Below, in pieces: positions 18,647 through 37,734 of a stretch of 64,000 nt of DNA. The notes beneath the pieces were generated by a model. That model did not search any database, had not been told where the DNA came from, and worked only from the letters and a program-made list of their open reading frames with translations. Position 1 is the first letter of the stretch. Each line of letters starts with the position of its first letter. The stretch is from the human T2T-CHM13v2.0 reference genome, Homo sapiens. The position numbers and the translations under genes are program-made. The stretch lies in NCBI RefSeq assembly GCF_009914755.1, contig NC_060933.1. The stretch is one strand, 5' to 3'.

Positions 18647-19395
18647 TGTGATATACACAAACCTATTTGATTTTTGTACTCTATTCCTGGCACAGGGCTC
18701 CTAAAACCCTGGGAATTTCCTGAGTGAGGGGAGTTTCTGCTTTTACTCATAACATGCCATCTTCCACCATATCTAGTACTACACCTGAGTTTATGTTACT
18801 GCAGTGACTTAGGGTGGTTCTAACTAGCCTCTGGTCACTAGAAAGACTAAAGAGGGTGGGAACTCTTAGCCTCACCCACTGGCCTCCCACGGATGGAAGG
18901 GGCCTGGAAATGGGTTATAAAGCCTCCTGAATGGTATGCAATGAGTTTCGGGGTCAGTGAACACACGGAGGTGCCGCGAGGGTGGTATGCCTAGAGAGGG
19001 CCTGGAAGTTCTGTGCCACCAACTACTCAACATACCCTGCTCTATGCATTGCTTTCATTTGTCTGTCTCTGAGTTGTAGCCTTTATAATAAACTGGGAAA
19101 TGTTAAGTAAAATGTCTACCTGAGTTTTGTGAGCAGTTTTAGCAAATTACCAAAACTGAGAAAAGAGTCATGGGAATCCCTAAATCTGCAGTCAGCTAGG
19201 CAGAAGTGTGGATGGTCTGAGCACCCCATTGTAGCTGGCAACTGAAGTGGGTGGGGGGGCAATCTTGTGAGACTGAATCCTTTACCTGTGGGGCCTGCTG
19301 ATAGCTGCAGGAATTAGTGACAGAATATAACTGAATTGTTGAACATCGAGTTGGTGTCAGAGAATTGGAGAATTGGTGTTGGAAAATACATCAAT
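18647..19395 (+). mobile_element. MER21-type LTR
   Basis: CCTGGCACAGGGCTCCTAAAACCCTGGGAATTTCCTGAGTG and TTGGTGTCAGAGAATTGG match recalled MER21 consensus. Confidence 0.65.
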
Positions 19396-19751
19396 ATTTT
19401 GGTGTCGGGGCAAAAAAATAGCAACCTTACAATCTTCTACAGTAAGGGACTTCTGGTTAGCATTCAAGTTGGGCATAAATATTCTTGGGGTCTGGGCATA
19501 TTCCAAATGATTTAGTCACATATCTCTGCCCCAGGTCTTCTTGACACAAACTTTGGTTCAATTTTGGCCCAATTACCAAGTTTGGCCTAATTTTGATCCT
19601 TCCAATTACCTGATCATTGACAGGACCAGGATAAAGATCTAAAACCAATAGTTTTCCCCTTGCCTTCTACCTTTTCCCCCTTTTCTTTCTATTTTGCTAT
19701 TTACCTTCTCTATCCCATGACTAGACGAGCCAATAATAAAACGTGATTGTA

Positions 19752-20428
<677 letters not shown>

Positions 20429-20954
20429 CGGTAATCAGCATTTATCGTATGCCTGTTGTGTACTGTACTCTGTGAAGCGCTTGATACTCATCACTTCACT
20501 TAATTGCTACAACAACTCTGTAAAGTAAAGACAATTATCCCACATGACGACGCTGAAGGTCCGTAAACTTCCAGAATATGTCAAGGGCCACCAAGCCAGT
20601 AAGTGCTCATAAGTCAGCACTTGGGTCCAGATCTGTGGACTTCAAAACCCATGCTCTTAACTCTGCCACAGCTGTCCTTGATTGATGAATGGGATTGCTT
20701 TCTGGAAGTTCATTTCTAAATTGTTAGTTTGGAACTCAAACTGAATTTTTCCCAGGTATTTTGTTATGAATCAGTTTTTCTACAACTCAGTAAATAGGGA
20801 CCCTACTATTAGGATGAAAATAATTTCTCAAAGATGCCTATAAATGCATGCCCACATCCCTACAATAGATCCAACTTGAAAAACACAGACTTAAAGTCTT
20901 AGTCTATAAAAATGTCTCATAAGTGCAAATATCACCTATTAAGACTAAGAGGCT

Positions 20955-21310
<356 letters not shown>

Positions 21311-21993
21311 TTAGGGTTTATAACAGACAAATCTATGTGTATATATGTATATATTATTTTTTCTTTCTTATTTCTATGTATATATTTTGGATTATCATCA
21401 ACATGAGCATGCAACACTGAAAGAATGCTTTGAGAGCTCTCAAATTCTCAAGAACACATTCATGGACTCTGGGTGTCCAGGGATCCCAGTCTGAGAAACA
21501 CTGCTAGACATGAGTCTTAATTTGCTAGGATTATCAGTTAGCATTACTCTCAGCTTCAAATAACAGACACAGAATTACAGAGGCTTGGCCAAATGTGTTG
21601 AGTTTCCTCATGTGACAGAACACCCAGAAGTGGTCAGCCAAGACCGATGCATCAGCTCCAGCATGCTGTCAAGGCTGCTGTGTTTGACATGCAACTCTCA
21701 GAATTGCAAAATTGTTGTTCCACATCTAAACACTGCATCATGATCCAGGCAGAAAAACAGGCAAAGAAAGGCAAAAATGTCTATGCTCAAAAGACTTTTT
21801 CATTCTATTCCAGAAGGAAATTCCTCCTATGGAACATCTCATCAGGCCTCTCTTATCCCTCACTGACCAGAGCTCAGACACAAGTCTGTTTTTAACTGCA
21901 AGAGAGGCTGGGGAGTTGAGTGGTTTCATTTCCAGCCTCCAAAGTAGATGAAAGCAAGGAAAACAGCAGCCTCACCCAGAGAACCCAGTGAGC

Positions 21994-23159
<1,166 letters not shown>

Positions 23160-24193
23160 GATTTTAGTCCACAAGAATAATGAATTAGAAAACAGTACTC
23201 TCTAAGTTCTGCGGAGACAAGGCTATTGAATAAAGAGAAAGTGAAGACAGTTAAAGGCAATTTTTTTCTTAAACGAAGTTTGTTTTCAGCACTGTCCTTC
23301 TTCATTTTCTCAGCTGTCCAAAAGTTTAATACTTCTTCTGGGCATAACTTAGGGACCTCTTCCTGCCCACATCCTACTCTGCCTGTCCATTGCCTCCAAG
23401 TGTCCCACCATCAAAAATTACCACCTCCTCATTTCCACCGGCAAATCAGAACCTCTTCCCACAGGGCAATATATTTCAGCTGTGGACTATTAGGAAAATA
23501 ATCTAATTAAATGAAGTCATCCCAAGGGGTCAGCTCCTCAACCTAGAATGTTTGCATTCATCTAAAACTTCACTTTGTCACCCAAATAAATCTGCGATTA
23601 TTAGGACTTTAAATGAAATGTTTCCCTTTTGAAGTTGGTTGCGTGAGGTTCCATCACATGCTGTCAGCACCTCTGCATACAGCCCAGCAAGCTGTGTGCT
23701 GCCTACACTATCCACAGAGACTATAATTTGAATGCTGTCCCAGGTGCTATGTCACACACCAGAGTCAAAGAGGTGTACTGCACATTCTTGTGGAGATTTT
23801 CAAACTTGAGAAGTGTGTACTTTTAAATGAATATAAATCTCTCAGATCCCCAGGGTTAACTTCACATTTTTATGCTGGATATTTTTATTATGTTACTTAC
23901 ATACAGAAATAGAATTAATCAGGCATATGTCCCTTAATTAAAAACAATAAAAATTTAATTCAAAACAAACTAAACAAATTAAGTTGAATTACATAGGATG
24001 GATGATGTTTTACTGAAATCAATCATGACTGCATGAATATGATAAAGACCCTTAAAGAGAGAGGCTCATTTTGAGGTCAAGATCACTTAAAAACCATGGG
24101 CGCTTTGATATATTAAATCCTTTACTACTTGATTCTAACAATTCAAAGCCTTCATATGGTGTATTAGTTTAACCTTTGGTTTTCATTTGACCT

Positions 24194-24504
24194 TTTTTGT
24201 TTTGTTTTGTTTCTGTTTTTTGAGGCAGGGTCTTACTCTGTTGCCCAGGCTAGGGGGCAGTGGCATGATCTCGGCTCACTGCAGCCCCGACTTCCCGGGT
24301 TCAAGTGATCCTCCCACCTCAGCCTCCTGAGTAGCTGGGACTGTAGGCATGAGCCACCCCACTGGCTAATTTTTTTGTATTTTTAGTAGAGACAGGGTTT
24401 CACCATGTTGCTCAAGCTAGTCTCAGACTCCTGGGCTTGAGCCATCCGCCCACCTCAGCCTCTCACAGTACTGGGATTACAGGTTTGAGCCACCACACCA
24501 GGCT
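24194..24504 (-). mobile_element. Alu
   Basis: Minus-strand Alu consensus match. Confidence 0.9.
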
Positions 24505-24699
24505 TATTTGACATGTTAAGTGTGACTCGTTCATTTCTTTGGCCCACAGCTAAAGGAGTACTAATGGGAACCAAAAAAAAAAAAAATCCTTGTCTCTACA
24601 ATTAAGATGTCATACAGATGATGCAGAATTAATTTGTTAATGGGCCTTATCACAACTGTAAATACATAATGTTATTTTTCATATATTTTCTATGTGAAA

Positions 24700-26790
<2,091 letters not shown>

Positions 26791-27580
26791 ATAGTTCATG
26801 TATTTCCTTCATGGTCTATTTTAATGCCCCTCCAATGCTTCAGAGGTTGGAAAACTCAAAGCACTTCATGGATTTCATGGTAACTGTGATTTTGGATGTA
26901 ATTACATATTCCTCAATCAGATATACTTCTATGAGACTTGAATTACGAACAAAGGTAAAAGGGGAATGTATCAGTTGTCTATTGTGCATAATAAACTGTC
27001 CCCCAAAATTAGCGACTTAAAACAATGATTTATTCTTCCTCAGGATTCCAAGGGGTGTTTGGGCAGTTCCTATCCTCATTTTTTTTGGTCTCTTTAGGTG
27101 CTGAATTTAGTGCTATAGGTGATAGAGCAGGAGCACCGTCATCTGGGACAAACACCGCCACTTTAAGTTCCAGCTCCCTTTCTAGCCTCACGCATTTCAA
27201 GGAAATCACTTCTCTTCTAACTAAAGCAGACAGAAAGAGCAGACAGTAAAACACAGATAAGACAGCTCGGGCACAGAGGGAGGTGAGGGGAAAGTCTCTT
27301 GGGTAACTGCCAAACTTCACCATCATACAATGGGGACCAGTAAAACAATGGGCCTTAATAAGCAAGCACATTCCTTTCCCTTCAGGGGCACTAAGATAGA
27401 AAAGCTAAAAGCAGACTCGGGGGATATGCCTGCAGCTGCAGAAAGATGTAAGGGAACAGACACACAGCTCTCCCTCCCAGATAAGCACAACAAAGAGACA
27501 CAGAAGCAGTCGAACCCTCTGATAAACTCTCCTACCCTGAATTCTTAAAAACTCTTAGTCTGTAAGAGAGTGCGGCTTCT

Positions 27581-27883
27581 GGCCGGGCGTGGTGGCTCAC
27601 GCCTGTAATCCCAGCACTTTGGGAGGCCGAGGCTGGCGGATCACGAGGTCAGGAGATCGAGACCATCCTGGCTAACATGGTGAAACCCCGTCTCTACTAA
27701 AAATATAAAAAATTAGCCAGGCGTGGTGGTGGGCACCTGTAGTCCCAGCTACTCAGGAGGCTGAGGCAGGAGAATGGCGTGAACCCCGGGAGGCGGAGCT
27801 TGCAGTGAGCCGAGATCGCGCCACTGCACTCCAGCCTGGGCGACAGAGCGAGACTCCGTCTCAAAAAAAAAAAAAAAAAAAAG
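27581..27883 (+). mobile_element. AluY-like insertion in the 5' LTR only
   Basis: CpG-rich young Alu; TSD AGAGAGTGCGGCTTCT; the empty site is visible in the 3' LTR near 36213-36229. Confidence 0.93.
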
Positions 27884-28617
27884 AGAGAGTGCGGCTTCTG
27901 ACCTAACTTGGTCAGAAGTCTCTCCCAGGTTTGAAATAAACCTGTTGACTGTCAAGCCACCCTTCGTGTTTCTCTCCCCTTTCTTTAATTCTTACATTTG
28001 GTGCTGAAACCAAGGGCAGGTGTTGGGGGCAGAGGCTCTCTTGCAACCCAGGAAGCAGTGAGCAATGGCAGCTCATCCTGAGTTAACTCCTGGATCCTGA
28101 GGGTATCTGGCCACCTGCCCCTGTCTTTTCTCTCACTTCACTTTTCAAGCGATTTGTGTGAGGACTACTAACCTGAAGGGGACTGCTAGGCTAAGGCCAG
28201 GGCTCTCAAAACCCTTAGGTCTCAGAATCCACCTCCAACCACCGGCAACGGGTATTCACTCCCTAACCCTTGCTCCCCTCTTCCTCTCTCTCTCTCTTTC
28301 TCTCTCTCTCTCTTCCTCACATGGCTCCAGTCTGGGAGGCCCTTTGCCAATTCCAACTGGAATATCCAATATCGGACACGAACTCAGCCAGCTGGTAAGA
28401 TCTGCCTTCTCCTGGCTTCCTCCTGGTACCAGAGAAAGTCCGGCCTGCCATCCAGGTCCTTGGAGGACCAATGGGACTAAGCTAGAGAAAATCTTGGGGA
28501 TGCCCAGTTCCTTCTCAGCTTAACTGGCCTCTTTCAGAAAGAGGGTTCTGGGTCTCTGTCTTTTGTCTGGGGACACCTAGAAAAAAGACCACCCTTGGCT
28601 TCCTTTTACCAGTCCGT

Positions 28618-28998
28618 ATGGGTGCCAAACAATCCCACATTCCTACATCCTCCCCACTGAACTGTCATCTTCGCAACCTCTCCAGACTTGGCTTACGTGG
28701 AAACCTAAAGCCAAAGTGTTTAATTTTCTGCTGCAACATGGCTTGGCCCCAACACAGACTAGATAATAACAGCCGATGGCCCAAATACGGCACCTTTAAC
28801 TTTCAAATTATCAGGGACCTTAACAACTTTATCACCAGAAACGGCAAATGGCAAGAGGTTCTCCATATTCAGGCTTTCTTCTACTTTAAACCCCACCCCT
28901 CCTGGGACTCCCTTGGAAAACAGAAAAGGCTCCACAAATCCCATTTTGGGAAAAATCTCTGTTGTCCTTATGGAGCCACTGGAATTAAAGGTGAATAA
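28618..28998 (+). pseudogene. Gammaretroviral-type gag matrix remnant
   Basis: MGAKQS (Gly2 myristoylation site)...LIFCCNMAWPQHRLDNNSRWPKYGTFNF...GKWQEV..IQAFFY, typical ERV1 MA; truncated afterwards. Confidence 0.8.
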
Positions 28999-29547
28999 GT
29001 ACCTCTCAAAATCTGTCTTTGTCTTCCAGCTATGCTTGTTTATTAGGCCCTGAAAATTGTTTTCCTAGCCCTGTTCTTAAAGAGCCTCATCCGGAGGCCA
29101 ATAATCCCATTAGGAAATTAGCAAATGTAAATCTTATAACTACTGGATCTTCTGCTGGTTGTCTGTGTGGCTATATATGTGTTTATGTGTGCAATGTCTA
29201 TTAAAAAGAGCTCTAATTAATTAACTGGCCCAAGAAAAATAAGCACTTAAATCAAATATTTTTAAGGAAAATGTTAAGCAAAGTAATACTGTGTATATTG
29301 CCATTTTACTTTATTCTTCTATTGAAGCAAAATTGTGGGGTTTTATTATGTGTGTGTGCTTTTGCTAGATGTCCCAGTTAGCTGTGCTTAGATATACCAG
29401 TACTATTTATGGTTTAAGTTTTAATTCTTAGGTATGTTCTTCAGCTCTAACATTGTTTTCCAAAGACACACTAAACTGTATTGCAGTTCAAAAATTAATT
29501 ACTTAAGGGATCAATCTGGGCATTGTTCTTGGCCTTAAATTTAATAG

Positions 29548-29886
<339 letters not shown>

Positions 29887-31018
29887 ACTATATTAATTTT
29901 TAAAAGTTTTTCTTTGACATTTAAAATCATGACAACAGATATTCACATTTAATGTTTATGGAAATGTAATGTCTTTATTGATAATTTTATTATAAAATTT
30001 CATAAATCGTGTTTTTCAAAATAAGTTTATATCAAATCCAGCTTCCCAGAAACACTAATAGTTCAGCATGTCAATGTACTAACTAAATCATTCACTTGTA
30101 CCCATGGGGAAGATTTTAGTGTTATTGCCCTCCACAGTGAAAAAAAAAAAAAAAAGAAAAAAGAAAATCTTTCATTTTTAAAATTAGATTAGGAAATGTT
30201 ACATAACTTGGCACTTTAGTAGTGCATATACTAGCATTAGTTTATAGACTGCTTTTGCCACTGGGGAGTTCAAGTTGAAATGTCCCTCCGTCATGTAGCT
30301 CTGGAATACACCTTCCATTCATAATTTCTGCTCAGATAATTGAATAGTTTACCATCTAGGTTATTTTCATTTATACGGTAAAACAAAGCAAACTACTCCC
30401 GTTTAATTTTTTTATACTTAGAATATTGCACATTTTCTATATATGAGTCATTCGGATTAGTATCTATGTAGGTTCAGTCAGATCCAACCATGGATTCGAG
30501 TTATTATACTATATAACCCTATAAAATACATAGAAGTATTATTACTTTGCCTTTAAAACAAAACCCAAGAGTCTGTTTCGATTTATGAATTCAGCATTTA
30601 AGCAAAGAGATTTTAGTTCCCAAAGTCGGGGGAAAAAATGACAAAACAATGAGGGAAGAAGGAACCAGGCCTTAGTGCCACACATTTTTCTCTTTGGGTT
30701 GTAAGGTAGAGCCTCCTTCTTTACAGAATGCTTTATTATATTTTTTTAGACCTGATTTTCTGTGTCAAAGCATAATTCTCATGCTGAAGCTCTAGCCTAA
30801 AAAAGCAAAAGAAAGTCTTCATTGTACAAAACATATTCATCACTTTAACAAGATCATAAGGGAACAAAAGTTAGGATTTAAACTGAGCGATAATACTGTT
30901 TGAATGAGCATGTCCCTAAGATAAACCAGAACTGGCAGTTAATTTAGACATCTAGAAAATCTCATTTCCTACCAGTAAAAATATTTTGAGTGTCTAGTGC
31001 TCCTTAAGAAAATCTGGT

Positions 31019-31760
31019 GGCCAGGTGCGGTGACTCATGCCTATAATCCCAGCACTTTGGGAGGCAGAGGCGGGCGGATCACGGGTCAGGAGTCAGAGAC
31101 CAGCCTGGCCAACCTGGTGAAACCCTGCCTCTACTAAAGATACAAAAAATTAGCCGGGTGTAGTGGCGGGCTCCTGTAATCCTGGCTACTTGGGAGGCTG
31201 AGGCAGCAGAATCGCTTGAACTCAGAAGGCGGAGGTTTCAGTGAGCTGCGATTGTGCCACTGCACTCCAGCCTGGGCGACAGGGCAAGACTCCGTCTCAA
31301 AAAAAAGAAAAGAAAAAAAAGAAAATATGGCATACTGAATAAATAATGTTCATGTGGGAGCCAGGAGCTGGGTAAGCCTTGCCTTTCAACTACTCTGTGA
31401 CTACAAAAATAGTCAGCACTTTTGGAACTAATAAGACTTCACTTGTCAGTGTCATAAAGAGTACTGCCCAATGGCCGGGCGCAGTGGCTCACGCCTGTAA
31501 TCCCAGCCTTTTGGGAGGCCGAGGCGAGTGGATCACGAGGTCAGGAGTTCAAGAGCGGCCTGGCCAAGATGGTGAAACCCCCGTCTCTACTAAAAATACA
31601 AAAATTAGCCAGGCATGGTGGTGGGCGCCTGTAATCCCAGCTACTCAGGAGGCTGAGGCAGGGAATTGCTTGAACCCAGGAGGTGGAGGTTGCAGTGAGC
31701 CAAGATCGCTCACTGCACTCCAGCCTGGGCGATAGAGCAGGACTCCGTCTCAAAAAAAAA
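31019..31760 (+). mobile_element. Two Alus (about 31019-31325 and 31473-31760)
   Basis: Each has an A-tail and near-TSD (AAGAAAAT.TGG; AGTA.TGCCCA). Confidence 0.9.
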
Positions 31761-32014
31761 GTATTGCCCAGCTGAACTTTGCTCCCACCAGTTCAGTAGT
31801 TACTTATTTCTACCTAAGCACTCCCCTTCCGATTTTACCCACGTATTTAGGATTGAAAAAAAAATGCATTATATTTGAGAGCTACTTCCCCCAAATTACA
31901 AAATGAGTCAGTGTTTTTAGTTTCAAGTGATTGACAAAAAAATGAAAATAAAAAAAAAACAGGTTTTACATTAAAGTTAAAAATTGCTAAAAGTTACCAT
32001 TATAACATGTAATT

Positions 32015-32401
<387 letters not shown>

Positions 32402-34078
32402 TTAAAAATTATAAGAAGGCATAAAAATGTACATTTTGCTTATGAATAAAAAGTCATAAAATTAAATAAAGTGAAAGGTTTAATTTTAAAAACATTGTAA
32501 AAATTAATCCTGCAAAGAAAACTCTGTGTGTAAACATATTAACTAAACTCAAAAGACAGGTATTATATGGTTTTTTTTCTGTAAATTGAACACTAAAATA
32601 AAGGCACCACAAGATTTTCTTAAAATGCTAATCTACTATTTAGCAAAACTTGTCAAGGGTTATAACGGGTATGTAAAAATCTCACTTCATAATCAAATTG
32701 GTTAAAATTAAATAAAATTATCTATAAGGTTTCATTACAATTAGGGTTAACATTAATAGCAAACTAATGCAAGGGTAAAATTTAACTTTCTCTTTTAAAC
32801 AGAAATTTCATATAATACAAAAGGCTAAAAAATGGGTTTTGCTTTTCCAGATTGTTAACTCATCATTTTGGCAAAACAAAACAAAACAAAACAAACAAAC
32901 AAACAAAAAACAACTTATGGTAATCTAAAATTCTATTTCATAATATCAAGGGTTTTAAATTTTAAACATATTTAACAGCCTTCCCAAAATCAAACTTTAG
33001 TCTCAAGGTTGTCTTTCCCAACCCCTAGCTTTTGGGTGCTGCGCAGGACCCCTGAACCATCTGAAAAAGAGGTAAACAGGATTATTTGGCAACATGAGAT
33101 TGCCAAAATAATGTCTAATAGGTTATATTTTAGGGAATAATATTAACATAAGTTACAAAACTGTATGGGGTGTCTAAGGTTCTCCTGTCCAAATATGTAC
33201 TATTAATCACAATTAAAATTGTTATGTTGGGTTACTGTAAACCACAAAAATTACCAAATTTTGTTGTCAATTGCATTTCTAACTGTATCCAAACTGAACA
33301 TCTTGTTATTTATAGATAATTGTTATTTTGTTTTAATTCTCTTCAAAACATGGTTTATATTCAAGCTGTGGAACTTTAACAAGTGCTCTCAAATGCAGGT
33401 TATTCACAACAGCAACAACAGCAAAATGTAAAGGACTCATGAAAAGCAAAAATGTTTATAAATATCAAGCAAAACAAAGGTTAATAAAGTGGACTAAACT
33501 AATAGAAAACAAAAACAAATTTTTTATCTTTTGCTTTGAACACTGCTAATCTTTATCTTATTTTTCACAGTCAAAGAAAACTTGTCTTAAGCTACCTACA
33601 GCCTTTAACAACTAAGTATACTCCTGTAAATAGAATTTAAAGTGTGTTTGTTTCTCTCTGCCTAGTTCCTCTAGAATTTGAAAACTAGTCATACGTATTC
33701 TTAAATTATAACAACATAGTTGTTTGCATCAGCGCATTTTCTTTTGTAACAGAACACAATTGGAAAACCTGGTTATTTTACCAAGGCTTTGACTGGAATG
33801 GTGCACTTTCCTTAAAGGAATCAAACTTGACTTATGAAGCCAAGAAAGCCCTTGGAAACTGGCCTCATATTTTGTGTACACAGTCCCTGTACAGGGTTTC
33901 TGATCTGTGGTAAGTAAAGAATGTCACTTTCTGACAGGCCAGGAACGCCAAGTTATCTTAAAACCTCAAGAGGAGAGGAATTAAATGCCAACTCATAGGC
34001 ATTTAATGGTACAAATCCATGACTGGGCTTGGCTTTAACAAGTCTTATCTCAAATTTCTTTTACAAAACAAAGTTCCA

Positions 34079-34778
34079 ATGGCAATCATTAAAACGTCAG
34101 GAAACAACAGGTGCTGGAGAGGATATGGAGAAATAGGAACACTTTTACACTGTTGATGGAACTGTAAACTAGTTCAACCATTGTGGAAGTCAGTGTGGCG
34201 ATTCCTCAGGGATCTAGAACTAGAAATACCATTTGACCCAGCCATCCCATTACTGGGTATATACCCAAAGGACTATAAATCATGCTGCTATAAAGACACA
34301 TGCACATGTATGTTTATTGGGGCACTATTCACAATAGCAAAGACTTGGAACCAACCCAAATGTCCAACAATGATAGACTGGATTAAGAAAATGTGGCACA
34401 TATACACCATGGAATACTATGCAGCCATAAAAAATGATGAGTTCATGTCCTTTGTAGGGACATGGATGAAATTGGAAATCATCATTCTCAGTAAACTATC
34501 ACAAGAACAAAAAACCAAACACTGCATATTCTCACTCATAGGTGGGAACTGAACAATGAGAACACATGGACACAGGAAGGGGAACATCACACTCTGGGGA
34601 CTGTTGTGGGGTTGGGGGACGGGGGAGGGATAGCTTTAGGAGATATACCTAATGCTAAATGACGAGTTAATGGGTGCAGCACACCAGCATGGCACATGTA
34701 TACATATGTAACTAACCTGCACATTGTGCACATGTACCCTAAAACATAAAGTATAATAATAATAAAAAAAAACAAAAA
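34079..34778 (+). mobile_element. 5'-truncated primate L1 (L1PA3-like 3' end)
   Basis: ORF2 C-terminus (34181-34552 ...CIFSLIGGN), G-rich 3'UTR, A-tail, 14-bp TSD AAAACAAAGTTCCA (34065-34078, 34779-34792). Confidence 0.93.
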
Positions 34779-35037
34779 AAAACAAAGTTCCATCGAAGCC
34801 GATTTAAAAGGCCTATGTAGCAATTAATTATTCTTGATGCACTATATACAAATAATAAAGCCAAGTATAATAAAGCAAACCAGTCCTACCACGATTTGTC
34901 TTTTAATAAAAATGGGAAACTGAAGAGTGAAAATTATGTTTAGAAAACTATAGCACACTTGTTCTTAAATTCTAGTCTTGCCTAATGTTTTTCAATTTTT
35001 ATTATTCTCCACAGTTTAAATTATATCCATTATAGAA

Positions 35038-35759
35038 ATCAACTCTTGGATACATCGCACTTAAGTCAAAGCCTAAAGAGCTGAGAAAGCAACCTCTAAC
35101 AGCCCAGAAAAACATCCTATCAACGTAAAAAAAATGAAATCTTAAGCCGAAAATCATAAAAGATAAGTAACTAAGTGAAAACTACTCATCTTAGTCGGTC
35201 TCATCCTTACCTCACCAAATACTTCTTGTCGTTTCTACCTCTCCTTTTAAGCCAAATATTAAAATCTTTTTTAATGGAAATTATACTACTATGCCACCCT
35301 TGCGGGAATTGCTTTACTCACTCTACTATTTGCAGTAGGACTATATACTGTAGCACCCTCAGGGTGGAATATCCGACAAAGAATCTCAATTACTGTAGCA
35401 TTTTGCTTAATTATTATCCTCATAGCAGGAATAACAGTTATTAGTGAAAAATAACGCATGGGTCTTTCCAAACATGCACCTCTGCCTGTCATTAGGAAAG
35501 AAATGTTGCTTCTGTCTCAACTAATTGGGCCTAATAAAAAACTCTGCTGAAAAGCCTAGGACTAATGTTTTTACCCTGCCTAATTAACCTTTTTCAAAAT
35601 ATTTTAACCGACAGAATCATGGCCATTTCACAGACAACTACCCAAAAACATCTACAGACCGTGTTGCTCCTGCAGTCAATCCAAGACCAAAAAGCTCTCT
35701 GCCCACACCATCAGCAGGAAGTGGCCAGAAAGAACACATCACCCCTTGTCCTTTTATAA
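35038..35759 (+). pseudogene. Integrase C-terminal and env TM remnants
   Basis: INSWIHRT*VKA at 35038; CX6CC motif CLSLGKKCC at 35483-35509; cytoplasmic-tail-like FLPCLINLFQ...QQEVAR at 35565-35759. Confidence 0.72.
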
Positions 35760-37734
35760 CTATAGGGTCTGGAATGATAGAGCAGGAGCACTGCCATCAG
35801 GGACAAACACTGCCACTTTAAGTTCCAGCTCCCTTTCTAGCCTCATTCATTTCAAGAAAATCACTTCTAACTACAAGCAGCCAGAAAGAGCAGGCAGTAA
35901 AACACAGATAAGACAGCTCAGGCACAGAAGGAGGTTGGGGGAAAGTCTCTTGGGTAACTGCCAAACTTCACCCTCATACGATGGGCACCAGTAAAACAGT
36001 GGGCCTTAATAAGCACATTCCTTTCCCTTCAGGTGCACTAAGATAGGGAAGCTAAAAGTAGACAGTGGGGGGATACACCTGCAGCTGCAGAAAGATGTAT
36101 GGGAACAGAAATACAACTCTCCCTCCCAGATAAGCACAACAAAGAGACACAGAAGCAGTCCAAGCCTCTGATAAATTCTCCCACCCTGAATCCTTACAAA
36201 CTGTTAGTCTGTAAGAGGGTGCGGCTTCTGACCTAACTTGTTCATAAGTCTCTCCCAGGTTTGAAATAAACTTGTTGACTGTCAAGCCACCCTTTGTGTT
36301 TCTCTCCTCTTTCTCTAATTCTTACAGTAGGCACATGTTTAGCGGCTGGTGCTATTGATGGCCTAGCAACTTAGTTCTATGTGTCTTGCTGATGATTACA
36401 TTCACAGGCAGCCTTTCAAGACAGGGAACGTAGAAACTGACACGTCTTTTAAAGACTAACCTCAGAAGTGGTGTAACATCACTTCAGCCACATTCCACTG
36501 GCCAAAGCAAGTCATAAAACCAGACCAAGGGTGAAGAAATACACTTCGCTTATCTATGGAAAGAGTAGTCAAGTTGCTTTGCAAACGAGCATGCATACTA
36601 GGATAGGAAGTATTTGTGGCAATAATTTCAGTTGTACCCCAAGGAGGCATGCAGTACTTGAAGCATCTAATTTTGCTACTGCAGATGGTAACAGAAACAA
36701 AGTGACTGTAGCCAATAGTTCTGGTAATGGACTCCTAATCTCTTTCAACTTCCTAAATTTATCAGCAGCTGCAAAGGTAAGTGCCTTAGCATGCACTAAC
36801 TTCCCTCTTAGCCTCTCTCTACTAGCCACGTTAGTTTCTGAACTGGTAACGATAAACATTATTTGCATCTATGCTTTTTTAGACAACAGTAAAACTTTGC
36901 TTTCTTCTTATATATTTTGCATTGTTGTAGTGAATTTATTTTTATTCTTTTATCCAATACATTCTAAACAGTAACCCATTTTCTTCTTGGATCCAGTAAG
37001 GCTTTTGAGGTTGCCATTGTCAATCTATTCTTGCTGCTTTGTAGGTGATCTGCGATTTCTCCGTGGAAGCTTTTAAAATTTTCCTTTCTCTTTGATCTTC
37101 CTAAATTGCACTATAATCTTTCTGTGGTTATATATTTTTTATCTCTACTGTTCAGCACTCTATAAGCACTTTCAATCTAAAGTATTTTATCTTTCTTTAA
37201 AACTAGGGAATTCACGGCCATTATTTGTACAAGTATTTCCTCCCTTCTGTTTATTTTTTCTCTCCCTTTGGGACTCTTCTTTAATGACAGTTGTCACCTC
37301 TACTTCTAGCCTCCATGTCTTTATACTTCATATTTACCATCTCTTTATTCCTTCCTAATGCTTTCTGGGGCTGGTATTCAACATAATCTTCTAGTTCAAT
37401 AATTAGCTCTTCATTTGTATCCACTGTGCATTCAGTTTACTTACTAAATTTTTTATTTCAGCTATTTAGTTTTCAATAATATTTCCATGTGACTTTTCCT
37501 TAAGACTGAAGTTACTAAGATCTTTTCAGCTCTTTTATATTTACAACTTATATTCATAGTTGTAAAAAAGTTTGGAATTAACTATAAAACTGAAAGGCTT
37601 TAAAGCATTTGATGAAATACAGTGTCTATTTTTGATCAAAATTCAGCAAGCTAGGAATAAAAGAATTTTTAAAATGAGAAAGGGCATCTACAATTACAAA
37701 GCTGCAGCGAACATCACACTGTGATATTGTTTCT

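Noticed and set aside
34181-34552. 123-aa intact-looking ORF
   Set aside because: C-terminus of L1 ORF2 in a 5'-truncated copy with no promoter
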